Origin: Centroscyllium fabricii
Lineage: Eukaryota
DNA: 64,000 bases
Assembly (NCBI GenBank): GCA_051313645.2
Contig: JBNRSN020000027.1
Coordinates: 42,842,001 to 42,906,000 of the forward strand
Direction: 5' to 3'
Of the stretch, positions 1 through 12,485 are shown one piece after another; positions within the stretch are counted from its first letter, which is position 1; every line of letters begins with the position of its first letter. The notes under the pieces were generated by a model. That model saw only the letters and a list, made by a program, of their open reading frames with translations. It searched no databases and was not told where the DNA came from. A program made the position numbers and the translations under genes.

Positions 1-669
1 GTTAAATTGCTAACTTATTTAGAATTAGATTTGATTTAGTGATCAACTCTGGACTTTAAAGAAGAAAGCAGCCAACGCGGGGTATAAAATGAACAAGACT
101 TCCGCAATATTCCGAGAGTCAAATGCATGAGGCGGAGACCATTAATTATCTGACCGGTGATGGGGAACATGTACATGGTGCTTTAATTAGCTTATGGGTC
201 CTACGACAGAACAAGTATCAATCAGAAACCACAAAGTAGTTAATTGTAGCTTATAAACAAGACATGCTATACTCATTTTTCTCATTCTAGATTATTTCAG
301 TGTCTTTGACTCAGTCAGACCTGATCATTACTTGTGGTTTTATTTTGGGTTAATGTTTACCACTTGTGGTATTTTGAAGGGAGGTTGGTAGTTCTATTTC
401 CTTTGTATGGGTTTCCTTTTTTTAAAAAAAAACAAAAATAGTGCATCAGAAATAATGTCTTATTTCAAAAACCCACGGGTGACATGCAATGTTCCCTCCT
501 TTTTTTGTGGGGGTTGCGGGCCCCTTTGAAAAGCAAAGTGCGAAACTTAACATTGAATAAGCCGGTCCCAGGCTGCACAGGACCAGCAGAGAGCTGCGCA
601 ATAACAACAGAAAACACTGGAAAAGCTCGACAGGCCTGGCAGCATTGGTGGAAAAAGAAACAGAGTTAA

Positions 670-1438
670 GGGGGGGATTTTCATGTCCCCGTGAGGCGGG
701 GTTTTCGGCGGCCCAGCCGGCAAAATAGCGGAACCGGCAGGTCACCCCCGTATCCCCGCCGCTTTCTCATTTTCCCCCGCCCAGATTCCCCGCCCCGAAA
801 CCTTGTGGCCGGCGGGGATGGGTTGTCACCTCGTTAAGGGCCCTTAATTGGCATCTTTAATGCCATTTTAAGGGCCCTCAGCCATTTTGCCCTGTTTCCC
901 GCCCTAACCCCGCCGCCCTAAACCCCGCTAGGTGAAACCCAGCGGGAGCACCGCGCTGCTTATTACTTTCTCCTTCAAGGTGCTGAAGGACATGCTGCCA
1001 AATGCTTGGCATGCCTCCAGCACCTTAGAGGAGTAAGTAACTCCGCTGTGGCTGCAGCAGCTGTGAGCAGAAACTGAGAAAACTCAGCTCTGAACACTTC
1101 CTCACAGCTGCTGCCGAGCTGTCAAGAATTCTGAGCCCGCCCGCCCGCCTGCCTGTCAGTCACCAGCACTTGACCATTCCCATTGGTTCCACTCCACTGT
1201 GTGGAGTGTTTCCATGGGAACTGTCAACAACCAGTGCTGGAACTGTCGATCAAGCTGCTCGCAGCCCCGATACAGCCCGACTCGATTGACCTAATTACCT
1301 CCCGCTGCCGCCGGCGTGGATTTAACAACCTAATTAAACTAAAATTGCGTGGCCTTCCCAGCTGTTTGGGCGGGCGGGGCCAGAGGCGGCCCAGACCAAT
1401 CCCCGCCATGTTCCCGCCCTTCCGGCAAAATCCCCCCC
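670..1438. mobile_element. Non-autonomous TIR element (PIF/Harbinger-like MITE, family A)
   Basis: Ends GGGGGGGATTTT ... AAAATCCCCCCC; homologous copies at 33130-33897 (inverted) and 53265-54071; no coding capacity. Superfamily inferred from G-rich termini. Confidence 0.75.
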
Positions 1439-1575
1439 AACGTTTCAGAGAGCTGTGCAGCCCAGCAGCTCATGGGGAACATTGGTGACATTTTAGCTGG
1501 GTGCTAAAAAAAACCTTAGAATTTGTATTTATCTAGTGCTTTCTCATGTCTGCAAGCAATGAATTACTTTTCAAA

Positions 1576-1960
1576 AATAACAACAGAAAATGCTGGAAAA
1601 ACTCAGCAGGCCAGGCAGCATCGGTGGAGAGAAATAGAGTCGACGTTTCGGGTTCGGACCCTTTATCAAGACTAAAGCTGGCGAATGAAACACAAGCAGG
1701 AAGTGGGGGGGGGGGCGGAAAGGAACAAAGAAGGCAGCACAAAGAGAAAAGACTGAGACGAGATTCTGTGGACAGGAGACAGGAGTTGATTAGCTGTGAA
1801 AACGCTGGCAGAGCAAGAAGTGGCTGCCACGATAGAGAAAAGAAAGGCCAAATAAACATTGTGGATAAAAAGAGGTAAAAATATATAATGGGGGCCGGAG
1901 TTATGATCTGAAATTGTTGAACTCGATATTGAGTCCGGAGGGCTGTAAAGTGCCTAATCG
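1576..1960 (-). mobile_element. 5'-truncated Penelope-like element (ORF C-terminus plus pLTR with decayed hammerhead motif)
   Basis: 15-bp direct repeat GAATTACTTTTCAAA at 1561-1575 and 1961-1975; minus strand encodes FRLGTLQPSGLNIEFNNFRS* (typical end of a PLE GIY-YIG ORF); TTGATAA-stem-GAAACGTC hammerhead relic at ~1638-1670. Confidence 0.75.
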
Positions 1961-3420
1961 GAATTACTTTTCAAATGTTGTTACTTTTGGTGATGGAGAC
2001 AAGACTTTGGGCTATGTTCCTCCCTCAACCACCACTGCCAAAACCGATTAAGTGATCTTTTGCACCCCATAGTGTTGAGTGAATCACCACGTTCTATGGA
2101 TTGAGATAACAATGTTTTCACAACTTCTGAGCTTTAAAGCAATTTTCTATCATTAAGGAGGTACCTAGCGTGTTGGCTTGTATCCAATTAGTAATAGCAG
2201 TAATTTCACTAATTAAAGTAGAACAGACGGGGGGTTGCTATATTAGGTGGTCGCACGCATTGCCTCCTTCCAGAACAGGCGCAGCACTGGTGATGATGAA
2301 ATTGAAACTCGGTTCTGCGAAAACAGGATTAATGCTCACTTGCCAACATCAGGCTCTGTTATTTCAGTAAACTATCAACTGATGCAGTTGAAAACGCTTC
2401 GCCAGTAAAGGAAGTTTGACAAGTCTAAGACTGTGGCCAGAAAGTATATGCGGCCAAAAAAAAAAAGTGAACCTTTGGACAGTTTCCAGTAGTTGCATTT
2501 AAAATCAAAGGGCTCTGTTTGCCATTTAAATGAATGGGAAATGGAGCTTTGCGAGTTTTGGACTTTGAGCCAGATTTATGACCTTCCACCTTCAACACAT
2601 TTATTAATATAAGGGGGTGGAGGAGTCCGATTACAGTACTTGTCAATACAACTTCTGGGCATTTCAATGCTTGTTGCTGCTCAGAAGGTCAACTTTTGCC
2701 TTAAGTTTCTCTTAAATGTCTGTCTGTTTCGACGTTGTATACGTGCAAGTCATTTGAACATCGGCGCTACCACTCTGAGAGAACAGCACTCCAGCAGACA
2801 CCCATGTCCAGGCCTTTTATATTGCACCTTTGTGCTGCCTGTCCTTTGTGGAGAGCCAGTGTAAAGAACCACCTGTTGTCCACAGCTACGATTTCTGCAT
2901 TGTCAACAACAAAGGTGAAAGCACCACTGGCGACGGAGGTTGCAGCTCCGCAGTGATGGGGGTATTACGCACCTGCCGCTGACCACACGCGAACAAAACA
3001 AGTACTGTCTAGAGTGCTGCAATTTTTTAACTGGTGTTATTTATATGTAAACCATAAACTAGGAGCGTGACTAAACCGCCGCTACTTTGTGACTATTGGG
3101 CCAGAAATTCGGCTCGATCTGTTTCGTGGGGATCGTTTCCGTTATGTTGCCCACGGGAGTCGTCCCGTTTTTGCGCTTGAAATTTCCGATACTGATTACC
3201 ACCTTCTTCGTGGGCATCGTTTCTGCCCAGCCAGTTTTGGTGGGCAACGTTTCAGCTTGCTTGGTGCGTGGAGAAATAGCAAGCCCCGCCCTCTGTGGGC
3301 TAATCTAAATGCACACGGCCCCTGATGAAAGTACAGAAAGTGCTGCAGAGAACTGCAAGCACTTTTTCGGTGCCATAGTTAGGTAAGTGTGCTTGCTTTT
3401 CTAAAATGAAAAAGGCATTT

Positions 3421-3697
3421 TGTGGCGACACGCCCACCAGGACCATCGAATCCGCCTCGGGAGTACTGCGAGACGGCCCCGCCCGCCGGGCGGCGTGATG
3501 ACGTCACCGCGACATCCGGCGTGATGACGTCGCCAGGTGGACACCCGGCAGTGACGTCACCAACCGCGGGTCCTTTAAATACCTTGGTTCCAGGTGGCTC
3601 ACTCTCTGCTACCTGGCCATAGTTGTGTTAACATTAAATGATTGTTTTCCGAATCCTCTGTGTCCAGCATGGTTCTTCAGGCCTGCATGCCTCTACA
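3421..3697 (+). repeat. 5' LTR (277 bp) of CsRn1-like element
   Basis: Direct repeat of 7689-7967 differing by two substitutions and one 2-bp indel; TTTAAAT at 3574-3580, ATTAAA at 3633-3638. Confidence 0.95.
3499..3559. promoter_or_regulatory. Cluster of CRE/ATF-type motifs in LTR U3
   Basis: TGACGTCA at 3499-3506 and 3552-3559, TGACGTCG at 3525-3532, just upstream of a TATA-like TTTAAAT; function not shown. Confidence 0.5.
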
Positions 3698-3698
3698 G

Positions 3699-3710
3699 TG
3701 GTGACCTCGA
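3699..3710 (+). other. Primer-binding site complementary to tRNA-Trp 3' end
   Basis: TGGTGACCTCGA one nt after the LTR; matches the Trp PBS TGGTGACCCCGA with one wobble position; Trp priming is characteristic of the CsRn1 clade. Confidence 0.85.
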
Positions 3711-3795
3711 TACTTGGAACGAATTCCAAGGGAACATGATGAAGCAGTTGCTGCAGGACTGAGGGCCAAGCTGCCTCAGTGGAACCACAACCAAC

Positions 3796-4527
3796 ATGCC
3801 AGCAGGGAGCCAAACAGCACGACTCCACAGACTGGGCCAGAACTACGGGCAAATTCCAAACTTGCCAGAGTTCTGGGAGCTACGTCCAGCGGCCTGGTTC
3901 CTCAGCACAGAGAACACCTACCGCATCCATGGCGTTCAGGGGGACGATCGATACAGCCTGCTCTTCGCGGCCCTTTCACAGACCACGGTCGACCGAATGT
4001 GGTCATCGATACAGCACGAACCAACTGCTGGCAGGTACGAATCGCTTAAGACCGCGCTGCTTAAAAAATTCACCCCCACCCAATTCAAGCGCGACTGCCC
4101 GCTCATTAACCTCCCCGAACTCGGGAACGCAGACCCATCGGACCTCTGGGCCCAAATGGAAGCGCTCAACTGCGACCCGGCCACCATTAAGCGCGCCTTG
4201 TTCCTCCTCAAACTGCCCCCCTCCGTCAGACCGGCTCTGACGATCCTTGATCACTACACCAAGGAGCAACTGGCTGAGGAGGCCGACAAGCTGATGAGGG
4301 CCGAGCCGCCACGTGCCAACCCACTACTGCTCCACCGGAGCAGTACTACGCGCACCCCAGATCCAGCCCCAAGTCCGAACCCAGGCCAGTGCGTACCCGT
4401 AAAAAGCCACGCACCACAGGCCCCGGCTGGTGCTACTATCACACCAGGTTTGAAAACAAAGCGCAGCGCTGCGTCCAGCCCTGCACCTTCAAACCCCAAA
4501 CCAGCCCAAGCCCCACCATGTCCGTAG
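3796..4527 (+). pseudogene. gag: Gag (CsRn1-type), frameshifted before the CHCC knuckle
   Basis: LPEFWELRPAAWF and YESLKTALL Gag-like blocks; [18 protein letters not shown] lies in the next frame (ORF 4389-5585). Confidence 0.8.
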
Positions 4528-7500
4528 GCCGCTCCGGAGCACTGCTCTTCGTCACGGACAGTGGCTCAGGCCTCCGCTTCCTCTGCGACACAGGCGCGCA
4601 GCACAGCCTAGTGCCAGCCTCCCCGGCAGAAACCAAGCAACGCACCCAAGGCCCACCACTTGAAGCCGCAAACGGCTCCGAGATAGTGACGTTCGGCACC
4701 CGCCAGCTTACCATCAAGCTGGCAGGCCACACGTACAAGTGGGACTTTATCACAGCCCAAGTCAAAATACCCCTACTCGGGGCCGACTTTCTGTGCGCCC
4801 ACGGCCTACTGGTCGACGTTACCCGGCGCCGCCTGGTCGACATCCACAACATGTCGACCATCCCATGCTCCACAGGGCCGGCACACCAGACCCACGCAGC
4901 GTCCCACTGCCGAGCCCGGAACTCCGACACGTACGCCACGCTCCTCGCGGAGTTCCCAGCCCTAACCAACCCTACCTTCACAGCCCGTACGGCCAAGCAC
5001 GGGGTGGAGCACCACATCACCACCACAGGCCCCCCAGTCCATGCCCACGCACGTAGGCTGGACCCGGCCAAGCTAGAGATCGCGCGCGCCGAGTTCCACA
5101 TCATGGAACAACTCGGCATAATCCGCCGCTCCAGCAGCCCCTGGGCCTCCCCCCTCCACATTGCCCCCAAACCCGGCGGCGGCTGGCGCCTCTGCGGAGA
5201 CTACCGCCGCCTCAACAACGCCACCACCCCAGACAGGTACCCCGTCCCCCACATCCAAGACTTCTCAGCAAGGCTAGCCGGCTGTACGATCTTTTCAAAG
5301 ATCGACCTGGTACGGGGCTACCACCAGGTACCAGTGCACCCGGCGGACGTCCTTAAGACAGCCGTCATTACCCCATTCGGCCTTTTTGAATTTCTCCGAA
5401 TGCCCTTCGGACGTAAAAACACGGCCCAGGCCTTCCAACGCCTCATGGACTCAGTCCTCCGGGACTTGCAGTTCACGTTCGTCTACCTAGACGACATCCT
5501 CGTGGCCAGCACCTCCCCCCCCAGGAACACCTCCTCCATCTCAAGGCCCTTTTCAACCGCCTGGTCGAACACAGCCTCATATTAAGCCCCTCCAAATGTC
5601 GATTCGGCCTCGAGACGATCGACTTCCTCGGCCACCATATCTCCCAGACCGGGGCCATACCCCTGCCCTCCAAGGTGCAGGCGGTCCAGGAATTCCCCCG
5701 CCCGCACTCCATCAAGGGGCTGCAGGAATTCCTCGGGATGGTTAATTTCTATAACCGCTTCATCCCGGGAGCAGCCCCCCTCTACCACGCCACCCGCGGC
5801 CAGTCCAACAAGGCTGCGGTCGAGTGGACGGGCGAAGCCACCACCGCTTTTACCACAACCAAAACCGCCCTGGCCAACGCCACGCTCCTCACCCACCCTA
5901 GGCCCAACGCCAGAGTAGCCCTCACCACCGACGCCTCCGACCGCACCGTCGGAGCAGTCTTTGAGCAGTGGACAGGCGACTCCTGGCAACCCCTGGCCTT
6001 TTTCAGCCGACAACTCCGGCCCCCGGAGGTCAAGTACAGCGCCTTCGATAGGGAGCTACTCGCTCTCTACCTCACGGTGCGCCACTTCCGCTTCCTCCTA
6101 GAGGGCCGCCACTTTACAGCCTTCGTGGATCACAAGCCACTTGTGTCCGCAATGGCCAAGATCTCTGAACCCTGGTCGGCCAGGCAGCAGCGCCAGCTCG
6201 CGGCTGTGTCGGAATTTACCACCGACATTCAGCACATCGCCGGCCGCGACAACATGGTCGCTGACTGCCTCTCATGCCCCACCATCAACTCCGTTCAAAC
6301 GGCCGTCGACTACGCCAAACTGGCGGCCAACCAACTGACCGACCCCGATCTGCTCGACCCAGCTACCAACCTCCCCGGCCTGCTCTTGGCCACCCTAGCA
6401 CACGGGCCCACAGCCACGGAGGTCCGCTGCGACGTCTCCCTCCCGCAGCCCAGACCCGTCGTCCCCCACGCATGGAGGCGACACATCTTCCAGACCCTCC
6501 ATGACCTGTCCCACCCCGGCGTCCGCGCGTCCACAAAGCTGATTTCTGCGCGTTTCGTTTGGCGCGGCCTGCGCAAGGATGTCCGCGCCTGGACCAACAC
6601 CTGCAATGCCTGCCAGCGCGCCAAGGTGCACAAGCACATCAAGGCGCCACTTGAAACGATAGCCATCCCAGCTAGACGCTTCAGCCACGTCCACATTGAC
6701 CTGGTCGGACCACTACCACCATCACGGGGACATACACATGTCATGACCGTGGTCGACCACAGCACCCGCTGGCCAGAAGCGGTCCCCCTCACCGCTACCA
6801 CCACCTCGGACCTGGCCAGGGCCTTCATTGCCACCTGGGTCGCACGTTTCGGCGTCCCCACTGACATCACATCAGACAGGGGCCCCCAATTTACCTCAAC
6901 CCTATGAGCAACCATCGCCCACGACCTCGGGGCAACCCTGCACCGAACCACCGCCTACCACCAACAGGCCAACGGCCTCTGCGAGAGGTTCCACCGCTCC
7001 ATCAAAGCTTCCCTACGGGCCAGCCTTAAGGACGCGACCTGGACCGACCGCCTGCCCTGGGTAATGCTCGGCCTGCGTTCAGCGGCCAAAGAAGACCTGC
7101 ATGCCTCAGCAGCGGAACTCGTGTATGGCCAACCCCTAGCCGTACCGGGCGAGTTCGTCGCGGAAACCAACGAACCCTGGTCAGCCGACCGCTGCCTCAA
7201 GGAGTTTAATAACCAGGCAGCGGCGTTCAAACCACTTCCGGTGGCCCAGCACGGAGAGCCGGCAGTGCGTGTTCCTGATGGCATCGAGAATGCCAAGTAT
7301 TTGTTTGTCCGCCACGACGCACATCGAACACCACTACAGCCACCGTACGACGGAGTGCTTCGGGCAGGACCTAAAACATTCCAGATAAAAATGGGCAACA
7401 GAGCTGAGACTGTCTCAATCGACCGGCTCAAACCGGCACACGTAATGGCGGGCGAGACAACCGTCCCCGCGCAGCCACCAAAACGCGGACGCCCTACCGC

Positions 7501-7591
7501 ACCAAAGCCCGCCCACACTCCCACGCAGAACAAGGAGCAGCGCACGACACGTGCTGGCCGCATCATCAGGCCACCTCAACGCCTCGCCTGA
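4389..7591 (+). pseudogene. pol: Pol (protease, RT, RNase H, integrase), disrupted
   Basis: FLCDTGA protease, YLDD RT, TDAS/ELLA RNase H, HHCC and DLVG/SDRG integrase; frameshift at C8 5515-5522 and TGA stop at 6905-6907. Confidence 0.9.
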
Positions 7592-7688
7592 GACTCAATT
7601 TTTATGCTCCATTTTTTAATTTTTCTTTATGCTCCTTTCTACTTTAGGTTAAACTCTGCTCTCCCTCACAGATTCTGGGGGGGAGCTG

Positions 7689-7967
7689 TGTGGCGACACG
7701 CCCACCAGGACCATCGAATCCGCCTCGGGAGTACTGCGAGACGGCCCCGCCCGCCGGGCGGCGTGATGACGTCACCGCGACTTCCGGCGTGATGACGTCG
7801 CCAGGTGGACACCCGGCAGTGACGTCACCAACCGCGGGTCCTTTAAATACCTTGGTTCCAGGTGGCTCACTCTCTTTGCTACCTGGCCATAGTTGTGTTA
7901 ACATTAAATGATTGTTTTCCGAATCCTCTGTGTCCAGCGTGGTTCTTCAGGCCTGCATGCCTCTACA
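7689..7967 (+). repeat. 3' LTR (279 bp) of CsRn1-like element
   Basis: Near-identical to 3421-3697, followed by TSD ATTT. Confidence 0.95.
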
Positions 7968-8517
7968 ATTTCTCAGTTATCTGAGACTGAAATCCCCCAA
8001 AAAATACTTTCAGCAGTGGGGGATTAGCAGGTACTTAATTTTTAAATTAGGATGAAAGACTTTTCTACCAAACAATTTGGTTGAAAAAAACGGCAAAAAA
8101 ACACTTCAAAACGCGATTTTTAAATTTTTTCTAAAACGTTCACACTCACTCACAACTTTTACTAAACACCACTCAAACATCAAAACTGAAATAAATTTGC
8201 TAGAACTTAACTTTTCACGCTGAAACAGTCCTTTCACCATTCTCCACAAGCAACAGCTCTCCTTCACGCACGAGTTACTGGAGCTTTTTTGGAGGGCATC
8301 TGAAGGCAACGTTGCCCACAGAATCACGGAAAAAATTGACCCTTTTCAACCGGAAATCTTGGGTGCAACTCATTCCTGCGTTTGATGCTGAGGGCCCTTC
8401 TCCCTCAGCATCGGGAATCTCGGATCCGTGGGCATCTCGGATCCGTGGGCATTTCGTCCGTGGGCATCTGGTGCGAGGCACCCGAAATTCTGGCCCATTA
8501 TTCCCAGACTGGTAGAT

Positions 8518-9386
8518 ATGGGAGGTTTCATTGACCCATGGTGTCGGGATTGGAGGCGTGCGGGGGGGTTAAAGTCCCGAATTCGGGGGGGCTTAAAGTC
8601 CCGAATTCGGGGGGGTCCCAACCCCATCCCGCACCCAACCCGACTCCATGTCAGTTTCAAAGGAAGTGGGCACCCGCCCCGCACTGGGACCTGCCTATCC
8701 GAGGCGGGAAGGGATTAGTGCCAATTAACTGCCTGTTAACAGGTAGTTAACAGGCAGTTTTGAGCTTAATCTCTATTGTAAACATTGAACTGTGAGTTTC
8801 CCGATGGCTCCAAACCACACCAAGTTAGAGGAGTTGGGACGTCGGGTTGAAGGACTTGGAGGGGTTGAGATGTCGGTGTTCAGGTGAATGATGTGTGCAT
8901 GAGTGCAAAGGTAAGTGTGTTTGGTGTGTCTAAAGTGATTAAATAAGTTTAATATAACTTTTCTTACCTTTTCAGCCTTCCTTCCTTTAGGCTTCGGGAG
9001 TCCCTCATCTCACCGGCACAGAAAGCAGAATGGCTGCGAACTGTCAAAAGTGACAGCCTTCAGCTTTCTGTGCCGGTGAGATTTCTAACTGAGTCTGTCG
9101 AGAAGGACTCGGGTTAGAAGTGAGACTGTCGGTGCTTGACAGCTTCAAACAGCTGTGAAACATGGATATTTCATCTATCAAAACCGCTTGACAGATGAAA
9201 TTTCAGTCTGTGACGTCACCTGTTGCCGGGTGGCCCTTAGTTGGCCTGCTCAGCCCACTGGGCGGGCTCAACAAGGTCAATCAAATGGAAATCGTGTGGA
9301 TTGGCCATAACTCGAGGGAGGCGGGACTACAAGCCCAAAAGTTGTAGTCCCGCCTCCTTCCCGACTTTTCAATGAAAATCTCCCCC
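8518..9386. mobile_element. Harbinger-like MITE (family C)
   Basis: Imperfect TIRs GGGAGGTTTCATTG / CAATGAAAATCTCCCCC; collinear homolog at 9744-10532. Confidence 0.65.
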
Positions 9387-9649
9387 GTGGAGTTCAATAA
9401 CTAATCAGCAGACTGGAGTTACACGGTCAACCCGCGCATTAACTTCAGGCGCAAAAAGCACAATGCTGCGTTCCCCTCCGCTATCCTTCAATGTTGGGAG
9501 AGAGCAGTCGACTGGTCCACTTTCCAATAATAAACATTAAACAGTAAATTTATATGGACCACCCAGGCACTACAAAAATGCAGCTTCACTCTGCACTGGA
9601 ATTATACTGCCCCCAACGTGAACTCAAAACTAAAATTATCTCTCACAAA

Positions 9650-10678
9650 AAGAAAATACTGCAGAAATCTGAAATAAAAACAGAAAATGCTGGCGATACT
9701 CAGCAAGTCAGGCAGCATCTGTGAAGAGAGAAACAGAATTAACGGGGGTGAATTTCATTGGGCCGTGGAGGTGGGATTGGAGGCGTGTGGGGGTTTAAAA
9801 TCTCAATCGGGGGGGGCATAACCCACCCCGCCCCCAAGCCGCCTCCATGCCAGTTTCAAAGGAGGCGGGTACCCACCCCGCACTGGGACATGCCTTCCCG
9901 AGGCGGGAAGGGGATTAGTGCCAATTAACTGCCTGTTAACAGGCAGATTTTAGCCTAATCCCTATTTTTATTGCTGAAATATAGGATTCCCGATGGCTCC
10001 AAACCACGCCAAGTTAGCGAGGTGTACTGAAGGGCTTGGAGGGTTTGAGATGTCCGTTGTTCAGGTGAGTGATGGGTGCATGAGTGCAAAGGTAAGTGTG
10101 TTTGGTGTGTGTAAAGTGTTTAACGAAATTCTACTTACCTTTACTTACCTTTACAGTCTTCCTTCCTTCAGGTCTCGGGAGTCCCTCCCTCACCGGCACA
10201 GAAAGCAGAATGGCCTCGGGCTGTCAAAAGTTGCAGCATTCAGCTTTCTGTTCTGGGGAGATCGCTAAATCAGCCTGAGAGGAAGGAATTAACTTAGTTT
10301 ACAGATTGTCAGTGTTTGACAGCTTCAAAGAGCTGTCAACCACTGATATTTAATCTGTCAAAAGCTTTTGACAGATGAAATGTCAATCTGTGACGTCACC
10401 TGTTGCCGGGTGGCCAACAAGGCCAATCAAGTGGAAATCGCGTGGATTGGCCACAACTCAATGGAGGCAGGACTACAACCCCGAATGTTGTAGACCCGCC
10501 TCCTGCATACCTCCAGTATGAAAATCCAGCCCTTTAAAGTTTCAGGTCGATGACCTTTTGTCAGAACAACAGGTTCTGATGAAGGGTCATCGACCTGAAA
10601 CATTGACTCTGTTTCTCTCTTCACAGATGTTGCCTGACCTGCTGAGTATCTCCAGCATTTTCTGTTTTTATTTCAAAT
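9650..10678. repeat. Palindromic Penelope pLTR-derived repeat with hammerhead-like cores, left arm interrupted by a MITE
   Basis: 9650-9743 plus 10533-10567 is the inverse of 10573-10678; CTGATGA(10576-10582)-stem-GAAA(10597-10600); related to 1576-1670 and 38770-38881. Confidence 0.7.
9744..10532. mobile_element. Harbinger-like MITE (family C, second copy)
   Basis: Termini GGGGGTGAATTTCAT / ATGAAAATCCAGCCC; collinear with 8518-9386. Confidence 0.7.
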
Positions 10679-12105
10679 TACCTCTTGGTAGTTTCACACA
10701 TCCTGCCTTGAACGCACTCGGGAGTCCGGACGAACCTTGCTCCAAAGTTATGCTTCCATTTCTGAATTTATATTGACTCTAGGTACCCGATTGTGAGATG
10801 TTGAGAGGTGCTTTTTATTCTTTATTGTAATATTAAATCGCTGTGAAGTATGAAAATGAAAGAGCTCTGACAATAAGTGGAAAATAGAAAATTTTAATCA
10901 AAACAATCAAGAATAGGAGTAAATGGAAAATCTTAAACATAAATCTAAAAAGGAGAAAAACAAAACACAAAAAAATGGAAACCAAATTAAAAAAGCGAGA
11001 GAAACAATGCATTAAAATGGCTAAAGGAAAGAAGATTGAAACTTCTGACTGTGTAAAATGTGTTTCACAGTTCAAGGAGTGTTTTATATGGAAAGATGAT
11101 TGGAAAGGGGCCAGAGTGGGAAACTAAGTCTCCTCAGACTCTACAGAAAAGGAGACCAGGAGTTGGAAGCAGCTTTTGCCACTTTTCGCCTGGTTTCTGG
11201 TATTTTTCTGAAATGTTAGGAAACGGAGTAATGCCCCAATTCCATACTTCAGTAAGAATGGGGGAAGATTTCCTCTATTCCTCGCGATATAAAATGTAAC
11301 TATAAATCATCAACTCATTCTCTATAAACCGAATCACGATTTTGTTAGTGGGGTTCAGTGGGCGCGCACCTCATTTACATGGAGCTGGCAGATGGAAGCG
11401 CCTCTTGAAGTGGCACCCAACTGCCTCGTGTGCCAGACAACTGGGACATCTGCCTGGCCATGGAATGGGGTGGGGGACCTGCGGGGTGATGCCCAGGCTC
11501 CTTCCAACCCTGCCCAATACAGATAATATAAATAAATATATATATTTATTTATTTTGAGTTGCTTTCTTCGGGGGCCAAGGTCACATGCCGTGCCAGCAA
11601 TGCCGCACCAGCTGCGTTGTGGAGGCTGGTACATCTCCCAACGTTTCTCACTGTACTGGTCAACAATGACACACTGGGTCCCAACTGAGACTCAGTAGTG
11701 GGGAACTCTGGCTCAGGGGGCACTCTGGCTCAGGGGGTGCTCTGCCCCCCCACCCCCCCAGCCCATCATTTGCCTTGAAAAGCACAGGCAGAAGTTCCGG
11801 CCCTTACAAGGCGATGTCGAAATGGCGGAGACCCAGCGCAGCAGCTGTCCGAATAATCTGTTGCCGTTACTTTGGGAGACCGCTAGAACCCCCCCGGAGC
11901 AGGCCCCCTTTAATACTCCGTTACGCCCCTCCTCTCAAATTCATATCCCTTGTAAAGCATTCCAAGATATTCTACATAATATGTAAAGAATGCCATATAA
12001 AATGTAAGGAATTAGATTTAATATCGAAGTTGCTGCATATAAGGTTCTCTCTCTAGTGAGTTTATTTTGAATGGATTCTCAATCTCTTGGTCCCTTTTCT
12101 TGCAT

Positions 12106-12385
12106 AAAAAGAACAAACTTGCATTTCTATAGCGCCTTTCATGACCTCAGGACATCCCAAAGTGCTTTACAGCCAATGAAGTACTTTTGGAGTGTAGTCA
12201 CTGTTGTAATGTGGGAAATGCGGCAGCCGAATTGCGCACAGCAAGCTCCCACAAACAGCAATGTGATAATGACCAGATATTCGGTTTTAATGATGTTGGT
12301 TGAGGGCTAAATATTGGCCAGGACACCGGGGAGAACACCCCTGCTCTTCTTCGAAATAGTGCCGTGGGATCTTTCACGACCACCT
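12106..12385 (-). mobile_element. 5'-truncated DeuSINE (SacSINE1-like)
   Basis: Reverse complement of 59715-60005, including the L2-type tail AAGGCGCTATAGAAATGCAAG. Confidence 0.8.
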
Positions 12386-12439
12386 TCACAAGGAGAATTA
12401 TTTCTCTCATTATTCATCACTTTCTCTCTTCATTTGCAG

Positions 12440-12485
12440 ATCAGATGGTGCTGGGAAAAGACTGTTCCAGATTGTAAGCAGCCAG
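12440..12485 (+). other. Candidate 46-nt exon of an unidentified host transcript
   Basis: Pyrimidine tract plus TTTGCAG acceptor and CAG/GTAAG donor; two open frames, no recognisable protein. Confidence 0.3.

Larger units (their letters stand above)
3421..7967 (+). mobile_element. Full-length Ty3/Gypsy LTR retrotransposon, CsRn1 clade
   Basis: TG...CA LTRs at 3421-3697 and 7689-7967, 4-bp TSD ATTT, tRNA-Trp-type PBS, Cx2Hx9Cx3C Gag motif, PR-RT-RH-IN order, G-rich PPT at 7677-7685. Confidence 0.95.
3098..8496. mobile_element. PIF/Harbinger-like MITE (family B) interrupted by the Gypsy element at 3421-7967
   Basis: TIRs GGGCCAGAAATTCGG / CCGAAATTCTGGCCC, 3-bp TSD ATT on both sides; right arm homologous to 37486-37740 in inverted orientation. 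Confidence 0.8.

Noticed and set aside
11260-11950. GC-richer block that may be another old MITE
   Set aside because: Termini do not form convincing TIRs and there is no second copy in the window.
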